From Eledone cirrhosa (Eukaryota), in contig OZ024743.1 in the NCBI GenBank assembly GCA_964016885.1, positions 78,864,001-78,928,000 on the forward strand: a stretch of DNA of 64,000 bases, given 5' to 3'. The translations under genes were made by a program, and so were the position numbers. The notes beneath the pieces were generated by a model, which did not search any database, had not been told where the DNA came from, and saw only the letters and a program-made list of their open reading frames with translations. This document shows positions 27,618-38,894 of this stretch, in pieces. Numbering within the stretch: the stretch's first letter is position 1; each line of letters begins with the position of its first letter.

Positions 27618-28409
27618 ATAAAATATTAAACAAATAATGAAAAACAATTCCTTATATTAAACAAAAAAAGTTCATTATTTAACGATCGTTTCTAGGGTAT
27701 ATATGTGTTATAATTGGTATGCATATTCAACAGATCTATGTACAAAATTATACAAAATTATACAAATTATCAAGATTAAATATACATACCTAACACATAT
27801 ATACGCCGTCTTCAGAAATAATATATTATAATAATATATTATAATATATTATTATAATATATATGTGTTATAATTATATTATTATAATATATATGTGTTA
27901 TAATTGGTATGCATATTCAACAGATCTATGTACAAAATTATACAAAATTATACAAATTATCAAGATTAAATATACATACCTAACACATATATACGCCGTC
28001 TTCAGAAATAATATATTATTTCTGAAGACGGCGTATATATGTGTTAGGTATGTATATTTAATCTTGATAATTTGTATAATTTTGTATAATTTTGTACATA
28101 GATCTGTTGAATATGCATACCAATTATAACACATATATATTATAATAATATAATTATAACACATATATATTATAATAATATATTATAATATATTATTATA
28201 ATATATTATTTCTGAAGACGGCGTATATATGTGTTAGGTATGTATATTTAATCTTGATAATTTGTATAATTTTGTATAATTTTGTACATAGATCTGTTGA
28301 ATATGCATACCAATTATAACACATATATACCCTAGAAACGATCGTTAAATAATGAACTTTTTTTGTTTAATATAAGGAATTGTTTTTCATTATTTGTTTA
28401 ATATTTTAT
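27618..28409. repeat. 792-bp spacerless palindrome with two opposed hammerheads
   Basis: Symmetry axis at 28013/28014; ORFs 27863-28129(+) and 27898-28164(-) translate identically. Confidence 0.92.
28205..28353 (+). ncRNA. Type I hammerhead with very long stem II (mirror copy 27674-27822, - strand)
   Basis: attattt-CTGAAGA-..gtatatatgtgtta..taacacatatatac..-GAAA-cgatcg-TT-aaataat. Confidence 0.85.
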
Positions 28410-28426
28410 ATATATATATATATATT

Positions 28427-28473
<47 letters not shown>

Positions 28474-28720
28474 GTGTGTGTATGTGTGTATGTGTGTCTG
28501 TGTGCGAGTGTTTGTGTGTGTATGTATGTATGTGTGGGGGTGCATGTAAGTATGTATATGTGTGTGTGTGGGGGGGGGGGTCCATGTAAGAATATATATA
28601 TATATGTGTGTGTGTGGGGTGCATGTAAGTATATATATGTGTGTGGTCCACGTAAGTATGTATATGTGTGTGAGTGTGTATGAATATATTTTATATAAAT
28701 GTATTTGAATAACACCGCAG

Positions 28721-28876
28721 GGAGATTCTGGTGGCCCTCTCCAGTGCATCAGGAACGGCCAATGGCATGTCGTTGGAGTGGTATCCTATGGTTTTGAGTG
28801 TGGAAAATATCCTGGAGTTTACACAAAGGTCACCTACTTCCTCGACTGGATTCAGGACAAAATAAAACAAAACTAA
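28721..28876 (+). CDS. Serine protease last coding exon with catalytic Ser (GDSGGPLQC...[27 protein letters not shown]-stop)
   Basis: CAG acceptor at 28718-28720, GDSGGP and PGVYTKV motifs, TAA at 28874-28876. Confidence 0.95.
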   Translation, partial: GDSGGPLQCIRNGQWHVVGVVSYGFECGKYPGVYTKVTYFLDWIQDKIKQN

Positions 28877-28929
28877 AACCGAAAATCTGAGTTGTTTTTA
28901 TTTTCTATCTATTGCAGCTGACACAATAA

Positions 28930-29312
28930 TAATTGTTTCTACTTTTGGCACAAGGCCAGTAATAACCCAGTACATTACTGGTACTTTATTTTATCAACCC
29001 CATAAGGATGAAAGGCAAAGTAAACCTCGACGGGATTTGAACTCAGAATGGCAAGAGCCGTAACTCAATGCGTCAAAACATGGCATCCGACCCCCTACCG
29101 ATTCGGCAAATCCACAGAAGTAATAAATGTTTCTACTTTTGGCACAAGGCCAGCAATTACCCCAGTACATTACTGGTACTTTATTTTATCGACCCCGTAA
29201 GGATGAAAGGCAAAGTTAACCTCGACGGGATTTGAACTCAGACCACAAAGGGCCGTAACTCTTTGCTATAAAGCATGTCGTCCGACCCTCTACCGATACT
29301 GCCAATTCACCA
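28930..29312 (-). mobile_element. Two tandem tRNA-derived SINE copies just 3' of the protease stop codon
   Basis: Both are reverse complements of the family consensus (ttgtttctacttttggcacaaggccag..ggatttgaactcag). Confidence 0.88.
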
Positions 29313-29865
29313 TCTATCTATATATCTAAATCGTGCTAAAGTATTTCGCTACTCCGAGAGCTGATGAGGAGGAATATATCTGTCTTGGATATCGCCTTTC
29401 TTTATTTCCTTCTTCCGGTTACTTCTGTGCGCCATCGCACTTCTCCTTTTCTATATCGCACTTCTCTTTTCTATATTTCATCTGCCTGTCACACACACAC
29501 GCGCGCGCGAGCATACGCACACGCACACATACGCACACGCACACATACACACACACACGCGCGCGCGCACACGCATGCACACACACACACCACAACAGAA
29601 GTCCGACGAGCTTTTGATTCCAGAGATGGGCTAGATCGAACCTTGAGCTGATCAATTGCGAAACGAACGTCACTACTCAATAAACGTAATGAAGACTGAT
29701 AAAATAAAGTAGCAGTAATACATTGGAATAATTGCTGGCATTGTGCCAAGAGTAGAAACAATTATTATTATTATTACACTCTGCTTAGCACTACATCTCT
29801 ATACTTACTGGAAACTGCGCAACGAGTGCTCAGGTGAACCTACCGTAACTGGACGTTACAATCCC

Positions 29866-29907
29866 TACGTGGTTGAAGATCCGCTAAGGTGAAACAATTG
29901 TTCTCGC
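29866..29907 (+). ncRNA. Degenerate minimal hammerhead (TTGAAGA core)
   Basis: TTGAAGA-tcc gctaa ggt-GAAA-caattg-TT, with a weak stem I. Confidence 0.45.
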
Positions 29908-30308
29908 TATGGTGAACTAACTGTTGTGTAACCACTTCTATATATATATATATATTATTCAGTTGATGAAGATTGGTTGATAAAAAATCTGCCAACGTTT
30001 CCGTAAACAGACGTGATAATATGAAACTCTTTACCCCCATTCCCTCTCCTCTCTACTATCACACTAACTGACTGCATTTCATTCTATTTTAAACTTATTT
30101 ACATTTTCTTAAACGAAAATCCCACTAGTGAATTCTACCACGTAGTGAATAGTTGAATTCCACTACTATAGGCTATTTGGTGAAGTGTAATAAATAATTA
30201 AGTATTGCATATGGTTAAACAATATATATTGTAGTCAGCATATGTAGACAATTTACAATAGATTTGTTAAAGCACGGCGACTTTTTATTTTTCTTGGTGC
30301 AATACTTG

Positions 30309-30379
<71 letters not shown>

Positions 30380-30509
30380 ATAATAATAAATTTGAAGACT
30401 AAAATCCAAAGAGGGCTCGATAAGGATAAATATATATCAAATATATAAGATCCCGTTAAGGGTGAAAGCAGCGATTCTGTGCTTAAACTTTAATCTGTTA
30501 TTTTAATAA

Positions 30510-30552
<43 letters not shown>

Positions 30553-30555
<3 letters not shown>

Positions 30556-33500
30556 GATATTAAGCAAATGGAAACTATATTTATATTTATAAAACCATAT
30601 TTATTTCGTTATATATATTTCTGGGATATCATATTAAAAATATGTTATGCCTTCCTCAGACAAAATACAATACATAAGCTGTTTTATAAATAATTGGTGA
30701 CATACCTTGTGATAATGCAACTTCCTTTTAAAAAGTTGATTTGGTAGTGAAACTGTTATGATAGTTATATAGAAAGAAAACGAAGATGAGAAGAAGAAGA
30801 TGAAGAGATGTATGCAAAAAAAAAAAAAAAAAAAAAAGAAGAAGATGAAGAGATGTATGCAAAGAAAAACAACGGAGCGAGATAGAGAGACAAGGAGAGA
30901 GAGAAATACATTGATGGTGAAAAAACATAGTAGGCTGCTTTTTGACAGATGATCATCGTATATGTGAGAGGTTAAGGGAAGGGATACAGTTAAATTAGTG
31001 TATAGGAGAAAAAGAAAGAAAGATGATATATTTAAAATATATTAAAAATATATTATGTCTCATCCATTTGAATTATCAATTTTTATGAATTAGGTATTAT
31101 AATGTAAATATCAGTATTCATGAATGAGACACATATCCATAATGTGTGAAAAAAATGACCACATGCTCAGTTAAAAATTCTTAGGTCTATAAGCAAAATC
31201 TGAGATAAAACTTCAAACATAAGAATATATGCATTCTCGTGAAAAAAGAGAAAAGAGAAGGTTATCTCAAATTCAAGTTGATAAATATAGACGCACATGT
31301 GAACCTACGTGATACGCTGCACTGATTCTTATATTTCATGAAAAACTTCAATGCGTTAGAAAAGATTCCACCCTACATACATTTACATACAAATATACAT
31401 ATATATAGACACAAAACATATAAGATATACATTAACATCTAAAATAACATTCCAGCCTCACTTGCATGATCATCGATCAAGCATAGAGTAGACAACAGAT
31501 ATCAATATTAAAATTAAAAACGCCAAGAATATCTTCGTCACTCCACAGAGTATCTAGGGACGCAAGAGAACATAGTATGCCACGCATATCGGTCATAGAA
31601 TCAGAGTCAAAAGCAAACAAAACCAAAATTGTTCATCAAGCCTTATTTAGCAGAAATCATTCAAAACTTATTCTACAAATGCTCTTATATTTATTATAGA
31701 AGTTTATCCAGCTTAAAAATTTATTCAAAAGATTGGGGACAACGCCAATTATAGGGTAGTTTATTTAATCTCATTAATTATATATTCATGCAGAAAGGTT
31801 TTTAAAAAAAAATTTAAGGAATCGAAAGATTTATCGCCAAGTATCACAAATAGTCAAATACCTTAAGTAAATATACTACATTTTATATTACATTTTAAAT
31901 TTATATTTATATTTAAATGTTGAGTTCAATCTATGTCTGCAACAGCTGAATAAATTGGTTCGTAAATTAAGGGAATTTTTAGATTTTAATATAAAGAATA
32001 TCTCCTCCGCGCAGAGGTCACAAGTCTCAGAAGAGGAATTAAAAGGAATCCCTTTTGAGACTATATTCCAAACCATCGAATATCCAACTTTATCATGCTT
32101 AAGTTGCCAGAGTAACCCTGACAGCGATGTTGAGGATTTTTTATTTGGATCCGTGAAAGAGTTTTTGTGATTATTATAGCGAAGTTTAAATTCTGTCGAG
32201 GTGGAACCAACATAATTAAAAGAATTTAAATCAGTTCTAACATTACAGTTGTATATTATATTTTTAACTAAGCAATTGTTATTTAGCGGACATTTAGATC
32301 TATCTCTACAGTTACAGTTTTTTAGTTGAATATTGTTTAGGCTATTTTCGGTATTTTGGCTAGGTTTTAGATTCCTATTATTTATTCTATTAATATTTTG
32401 TGCTAAATTTTTGGTGGACGAGTACGTTAATTTTATAGTATGTCTATTAAAAATTGAGTGATACTTATGTGTTCTAGGGAAGCGTTTGTCAAGAGCATTA
32501 AAAAATAGTTTAACGATGTGGGTTTTAATGCTTAGTGAGAAGGGGGGGGGGGGGGCAAACCATATTATATTTCTAGTTCTATTTCTTTTCTGGTTTTTGA
32601 AATTATTGTAGTGCTTTCTATTATAGTTGTTAAAGTTGTTACTGTAATTAAAATTGTTGTTATTTTGGTTAGTTTGTCTATTATCGATGTACATAATTTA
32701 TCACTATATCCTGCTCTAGCTAAAGCTTCATTATAATACTGGGCTTTTTCGTCAAAAATATTTTTATTGGAAGAGATTCTAGAGATACGTTTTTGAACAG
32801 AGTTCACTATAGTATTTTTGACAGATCTGGGGTGATTGGAGCTAAAATTGACATAATTCAAGTTTTCATTTAACTTGTGAAATGGATAGTGAAGACATGT
32901 GTTGAGATTAAATGTTACGTCTAGGAAATTGACTATTCTATGGTTATTCTCAATTTCTATTTTTAGATTAAGGTAATTAAAAAATTGTATAATTTGTTTT
33001 CTTTTCTTATTTAGTTCAGAGTTATTATTTTCAATAAGTAAAAGCATGTCATCTCTATATAAACCTCCGGTAACACCGGGTATTTTCCTATGCAGCGAAT
33101 TATATATGTATATTTGTATGTAAATGTATATGTATATTTGTATGTAAATGTATGTAGGGTGGAATCTTTTCTAACGCATTGAAGTTTTTCATGAAATATA
33201 AGAATCAGTGCAGCGTATCACGTAGGTTCACATGTGCGTCTATATTTATCAACTTGAATTTGAGATAACCTTCTCTTTTCTCTTTTTTCACGAGAATGCA
33301 TATATACTTATGTTTGAAGTTTTATCTCAGATTTTGCTTATAGACCTAAGAATTTTTAACTGAGCATGTGGTCATTTTTTTCACACATTATGGATATGTG
33401 TCTCATTCATGAATACTGATATTTACATTATAATACCTAATTCATAAAAATTGATAATTCAAATGGATGAGACATAATATATTTTTAATATATTTTAAAT

Positions 33501-34064
33501 ATATCATCTTTCTTTCTTTTTCTCCTATACACTAATTTAACTGTATCCCTTCCCTTAACCTCTCACATATACGATGATCATCTGTCAAAAAGCAGCCTAC
33601 TATGTTTTTTCACCATCAATGTATTTCTCTCTCTCCTTGTCTCTCTATCTCGCTCCGTTGTTTTTCTTTGCATACATCTCTTCATCTTCTTTTTTTATTT
33701 ATTTTTTTATTTATTTGCATACATCTCTTCATCTTCTTCTTCTCATCTTCGTTTTCTTTCTATATAACTATCATAACAGTTTCACTACCAAATCAACTTT
33801 TTAAAAGGAAGTTGCATTATCACAAGGTATGTCACCAATTATTTATAAAACAGCTTATGTATTGTATTTTGTCTGAGGAAGGCATAACATATTTTTAATA
33901 TGATATCCCAGAAATATATATAACGAAATAAATATGGTTTTATAAATATAAATATAGTTTCCATTTGCTTAATATCGTAAACCTACTCCAGAAACTGTTG
34001 AGTGCTTTTATATCAGTTATAAAATATTTACTCGTTGTAACCCAACAATCTTAAATATAACTTT

Positions 34065-34068
<4 letters not shown>
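30553..34068 (-). mobile_element. Penelope-like element (Naiad-type), 5'-truncated, with inverted pseudo-LTRs in (TA)n
   Basis: GGLYRDDMLLL, VNFLDVTFNL and SNHP (RT); CNCRDRSKCPL..IIY..YVGST..FKLRYNNH..CDLC..CRH (31888-33070). About 30553-31400 is inverted at about 33110-33979, with an extension at 33980-34068. Confidence 0.92.
33865..33930 (+). ncRNA. Type I hammerhead in pseudo-LTR (mirror copy 30602-30667, - strand)
   Basis: tattttgt-CTGAGGA-..catatt/aatatg..-GAAA-tatata-TA-acgaaata. Confidence 0.82.
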
Positions 34069-34111
<43 letters not shown>

Positions 34112-34186
34112 CAAGAAGGTGTGGTAAGATACCACGTGGACCATAACGCACCAGAGTACTCGATACTTAGGGTAGTCGAGAGGGTA

Positions 34187-34311
34187 ATAGGAAAAGAGTC
34201 AGGACCCCGATGTCTGAGCTGCGGCCGTTTCGACAGCTAGATACGAAGAGTTCGGATCTAGCTGTCGAAAGGGCCGGAGCTCAGCCGTCGGGGTCCTGAC
34301 TCTTTTCCTAT
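34187..34311. repeat. ~125-bp hairpin/inverted repeat in a TA-flanked element
   Basis: taggaaaagagtcaggacccc..agctagat is inverted as atctagct..ggggtcctgactcttttccta. Confidence 0.8.
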
Positions 34312-34377
34312 ATATATATATATATATATATATAACTTTCATAGGTTTCGGCCAGAATTGGCCCGAGCTTTTTAATT

Positions 34378-35024
34378 TTATGGAGTTTTAATGTGTTTTG
34401 AGGTAATGTTAAAGAGAGCGGATCTAATTGAGGTGAAATAATTGTGCTGTATTGTTGTTATGAGATGCGAGTGAGATTTTTGTTGTCGGCGCATAGCACG
34501 GGACCCAAACCTTTGGTGTACCTTAAAGGTGATGCCAACATCATTTGGGCAAAGTTGATGGAATATTTTCCACATCATGCAGATAATGTAGCGCTCACGG
34601 CGACGTTGGAGAGAATAAAGGTTGAGCTTTTCTAATCGATCCCAATCGTCAAGGCCTGTCATGCCATCTATCTTTTTTGTAATTGACCTTTGAGGTGCTT
34701 CAACTTTCATGATACTTTGTTTCGTGTGGACAAAAGTATTTAAGTGGACAAAAGTATTTAGTGGGGTCGGCAAAAGAAGAGAAGAGAAGGATAACAGTGT
34801 GGATATCTCTCGACTGGAAGTTCTGAGAATCCAGAAACACATCCTGCGGGCCATGTCAACTTTGCTGTTTATATGAGTGGCCCAGCTTATGTTGTTGTCC
34901 CCAATTACTCCCAGGTCTCTTATGTTGTTGGATGCCACGAGAGTTTCACCCGAAGGAAGAGAGTATGGTAGTTTCAGGGCATCCTTTTTTCCAAAGTGGA
35001 TTAACTCAAATTTATCCTCGTTCA

Positions 35025-35026
<2 letters not shown>
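34378..35026 (-). mobile_element. CR1-group LINE, 3' ORF2 fragment
   Basis: LNEDKFELIHFG, IRDLGV, WILRT and LYSLQRRRERY motifs. Confidence 0.8.
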
Positions 35027-35091
<65 letters not shown>

Positions 35092-35316
35092 CACAATTAT
35101 CAAAGTTATGTTCAAATCATTTAATTGCTGACAATCGTTTCTACCAAACTTTCGTTTGGAGTCATTATTTTATATTCCTGCTCTGTAAAACACCTGATCT
35201 TCTTAAATTGAGCTATTTCTCTTACTGGTAGTAAGGTAGTAGGAAATTACTGACTTTTCCTGTTTATAGTTGTTTATAGTATATACATAATTATAAATAG
35301 TATCATTATTATTAAG

Positions 35317-35785
35317 GGCGGTGGATTGGCAGTATCGGTAGAGGGTCGGACGCCATGCTTTCCAGCATAGTTACGTCCCTTTACGATCTGAGTTCAAATC
35401 CCGCCGAGGTTAACTTTGCCTTTCATCCTTACGAGGTCGATAAAATAAAGTACCAGTAATGCACTGGGTAATTGCTGGCCTTGTGCCTAAAGTAGAAACA
35501 ATTATTATTAACAGAGCATTACTGGTACTTTATTTTATCGACCCCGAAAGGATGAAAGGCAAAGTTAACCTCAAATCCTGCCGAGGTTAACTTTGCCTTT
35601 CATCCTTTCGGGGTCGATAAAATAAAGTACCAGTAATGTACTGGGTAATTGCTGGCCTTGTGCCAAAAAGTAGAAACAATTATTATTAACTTTGCCTTTC
35701 ATCCTTTCGGGGTCGATAAAATAAAGTACCAGTAATGCTCTGGGTAATTGCTGGCCTTGTGCCAAACGTAGAAACAATTATTATT
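35317..35785 (+). mobile_element. SINE cluster: full-length copy 35317-35510 plus three partial copies (one inverted)
   Basis: A box TGGCAGTATCGG (35327) and B box GAGTTCAAATCC (35390). The central gcctttcatcctt..gtcgataaa resembles the Meta/MESC SINE domain; (TTA)n tail. Confidence 0.9.
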
Positions 35786-35797
35786 ATAATATATATA

Positions 35798-35834
<37 letters not shown>

Positions 35835-35842
<8 letters not shown>

Positions 35843-35985
35843 AATTAAAAAGAACAGAAAGATGCAGTAAAAGAGATTTATTCGGTTCTTACGTACGTTT
35901 CAATAGACATCAATTTGCCTAGATCTCGTAAGAACCGAATAAATCTCTTTTACTGCATCTTTCTGTTCTTTTTAATTCTTTATAC
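35835..35985. repeat. Inverted repeat (~58 bp arms) enclosing a 5'-truncated hammerhead
   Basis: Perfect arms; the minus strand reads GAAA-cgtacg-TA at 35890-35901. Confidence 0.75.
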
Positions 35986-36124
35986 ACGCCCCGGAATATA
36001 GCTAAACTGGAATATACACCTTTTTTCTGCATTTCGTTGAGCACCACTCTGTTGTAAGCTGACATTCCCCTACACGGTACATAACACTGTGTCCTGGAAA
36101 ACATTAATGCACTCGTGCATAACC

Positions 36125-36184
<60 letters not shown>

Positions 36185-36334
36185 CTGTTCAAATTTTCCA
36201 TTATATATATATATATAATAATTGTTTCTACTTTAGGCACAAAGCCACCAATTACCCAGTGCATTACTGGTACTTTATTTTATCGACCCCGTAAGGATGA
36301 AAGGTAAAGTGAACCTCGACGGAATTTGAACTAC

Positions 36335-36409
<75 letters not shown>

Positions 36410-36559
36410 TATATGCATATATATATCCATACATGAATGCATTAATACATACATACATACTTACATACATATATATAAATACACAAATACGTATGTATGT
36501 ATACATACATGAATGCAAACATACATATATACATCCATCCATCCATACATCCATACATA

Positions 36560-37310
36560 CAACTAGTTAGGAAATTACAAGTACAATCCATTAATGGAAC
36601 AGTAAGAATATGTAAAACATTCCAAAGATTTTGCAGCTAATAACTGCATATACACATGTACAGATACAAAACATATACACATGCACACATACAACTCAAA
36701 ACATCCACATCCACACATATAATAACATCCATATGTACACATGCAGACATAAACTACCTAGTTGATGTTGTGTAAATTCCAATGAGAGAGTCTTGTATCT
36801 ATGTTAGAAACCGACTCTCTCTATTGGTAAAAATTTGTGAAATTATAAAACCAGAAGAACATACATACATACAGACATACATACAGAAGGACAGAAATAC
36901 GAACTTAAACCATCATTTCTTTGGGGATCACCTGAAACTCTATGCCAAGAACATAGATGGGATGAAGAAAAATCTTGACCTGGTTACAACATTCTCAAAG
37001 GATATAGGAATGAAGTTTGACCAAGATAAAAGTTCAGAAATGACTGTAAAGCGAGGAAAAACTACAACCTAATCTAGCAACATTTTTATAAAATTGCCTA
37101 ACTGTTTCACCGATATCGGACGAGGACTGCTACAGATACCTGGGGATAGATGAGAATATATCCTATAATGGTATCTGTAATAAAGAACGCGTAACCAGGG
37201 AATATTACACCCGGTTAAGAAAGATTTGGTCTTCGGAACTCTCGCAAAACAAAACAGTGGCTCACAGTGTGTTTACTGTGCCTGTCCTAACACCAACGTT
37301 TGGAATACTC
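36560..37310 (+). mobile_element. R4/Dong-clade fragments in (CATA)n: 3' end (36560-36860) and RT piece (36890-37310)
   Basis: Matches 63352-63661; LNHHFFGDHLKLY..IGMKF is homologous to the RT at about 61200. Confidence 0.8.
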
Positions 37311-37415
37311 GAAATCCGAGTAACACATATGAGGAGGACGCACTAGACAGTATTATTCTCGGTTCTGTGTCTGAAAAGTGATATGGTCGTGGCTGGAACT
37401 GTTCTGGTAAGACTG

Positions 37416-38085
37416 TGGCAGTATCGGTAGAGGGTCGGACGCCATGCTTTGCAGCAAAGAGTTACGGCCCTTTATGGTCCGAGTTCAAATCCCGTCCAGG
37501 TTAACTTTGCCTTTCATCCTTACGGGGTCGATAAAATAAAGTACCAGTAATACACTGATATAATTGTTGGCCTTGTGCCAAAAGTAGAAACAATTATTTG
37601 ATATAATTGTATCTAAATAATATAAATAGCTCGAAGGGAGGCAACTCTACATAACTTGTTCAGACTACGGACAACGTGTAAAAGAAGACATCTTTACATT
37701 AACAGACTTTCTGCCTCACATACTCACAAATGTACAAATAGACAGACACACATATACTCCCCACCCCACACATACTTGCACACAGACACACACACACACA
37801 CACACATATACAGACACACACACACACACACATATATACATTAAGTTTAGAAACACAAGCTTTAAATCAGCCGGTAAATAATAATAATAATAATAATAAT
37901 TGTTTCTACTTTAGGCACAAGGCCAGCAATTATCCAGTACATTACTGGTACTTTATTTTATCGACCCCACAAGGATGAAAGTCTAAGTTAACCTCGGCGG
38001 GATTTGAACTCAGATCATAAAGGGCCGTAACTCTATGCTGCAAAGCATGGCGTCCGACCTTCTACCGATACTGCCAATCCACTAA
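37416..38085. mobile_element. Two SINE copies in opposite orientation (37416-37598 +, ~37895-38085 -)
   Basis: Family consensus with A and B boxes. Confidence 0.85.
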
Positions 38086-38345
38086 TAATGAAATTATTGT
38101 GTACAGAGCTCAGGTGCACTACAACGCATGAAAATATGTTTAACCAGTCCCATTAATGTCATAACTATAATATTAATACAACTTATATATATATGTGTGT
38201 GTGTGTATAAGTGTATGTGTGTGTAGCATAATTCCAGTTCCTCGTAGGACTAACAACACACCAAGGAGCTGGTCATATCGATGAATTGACAGAGTGGAAC
38301 ACATTTCAACACCATGATTACCTGTTCTCTCTACATTAATTCGGA

Positions 38346-38391
38346 CTGCCTGAAGAGGCAATAATAGCTGTCACTGAAATATATATAGCAG
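38346..38391 (+). ncRNA. Type I hammerhead motif, stem II imperfect
   Basis: ctgc-CTGAAGA-ggca..tgtc-act-GAAA-tatata-TA-gcag. Confidence 0.7.
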
Positions 38392-38557
38392 AGAATTTAT
38401 AATAAACGAAGTCAAATGTAACATGTTTGACTTACTTATTTTATATATATTTATATATATATATATATACATATATTTGTTTTGCGAGGTTTTTGATATG
38501 AAATCGTGTGTCGAAACAAATGGCGTAGATATACAATACAACAGGAGGAATCAATAA

Positions 38558-38601
38558 TACCACTGATGATGTTGCAGATGAGCAACGAAAGAACTTTGTT
38601 A
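38558..38601 (+). ncRNA. Type I hammerhead motif (same family as 2296-2340)
   Basis: tacca-CTGATGA-T-gttgc..gcaac-GAAA-gaac-TT-tgtta. Confidence 0.7.
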
Positions 38602-38804
38602 GACTATATATATTTGTTTATATCTATATTATATCTGTATTTTTGACCGTTGGTTAGTCAATCGTTCCGAATGAATTAACTGTGGAGATATAAAAGATAC
38701 AGAAGCGAAAACCAACCAAACAGTGAGTGTGTGCTGTTGTTATTTCTGGCAATATTACTACAACAATATGACCCTTCCCAAGTATAAATACACACACACA
38801 CACA

Positions 38805-38886
<82 letters not shown>

Positions 38887-38894
38887 GAGAGAGA

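Noticed and set aside
29345-29680. CTGATGA at 29351 paired with GAAACGAACGTC at about 29660
   Set aside because: The two halves are about 300 nt apart and stem I is mismatched.
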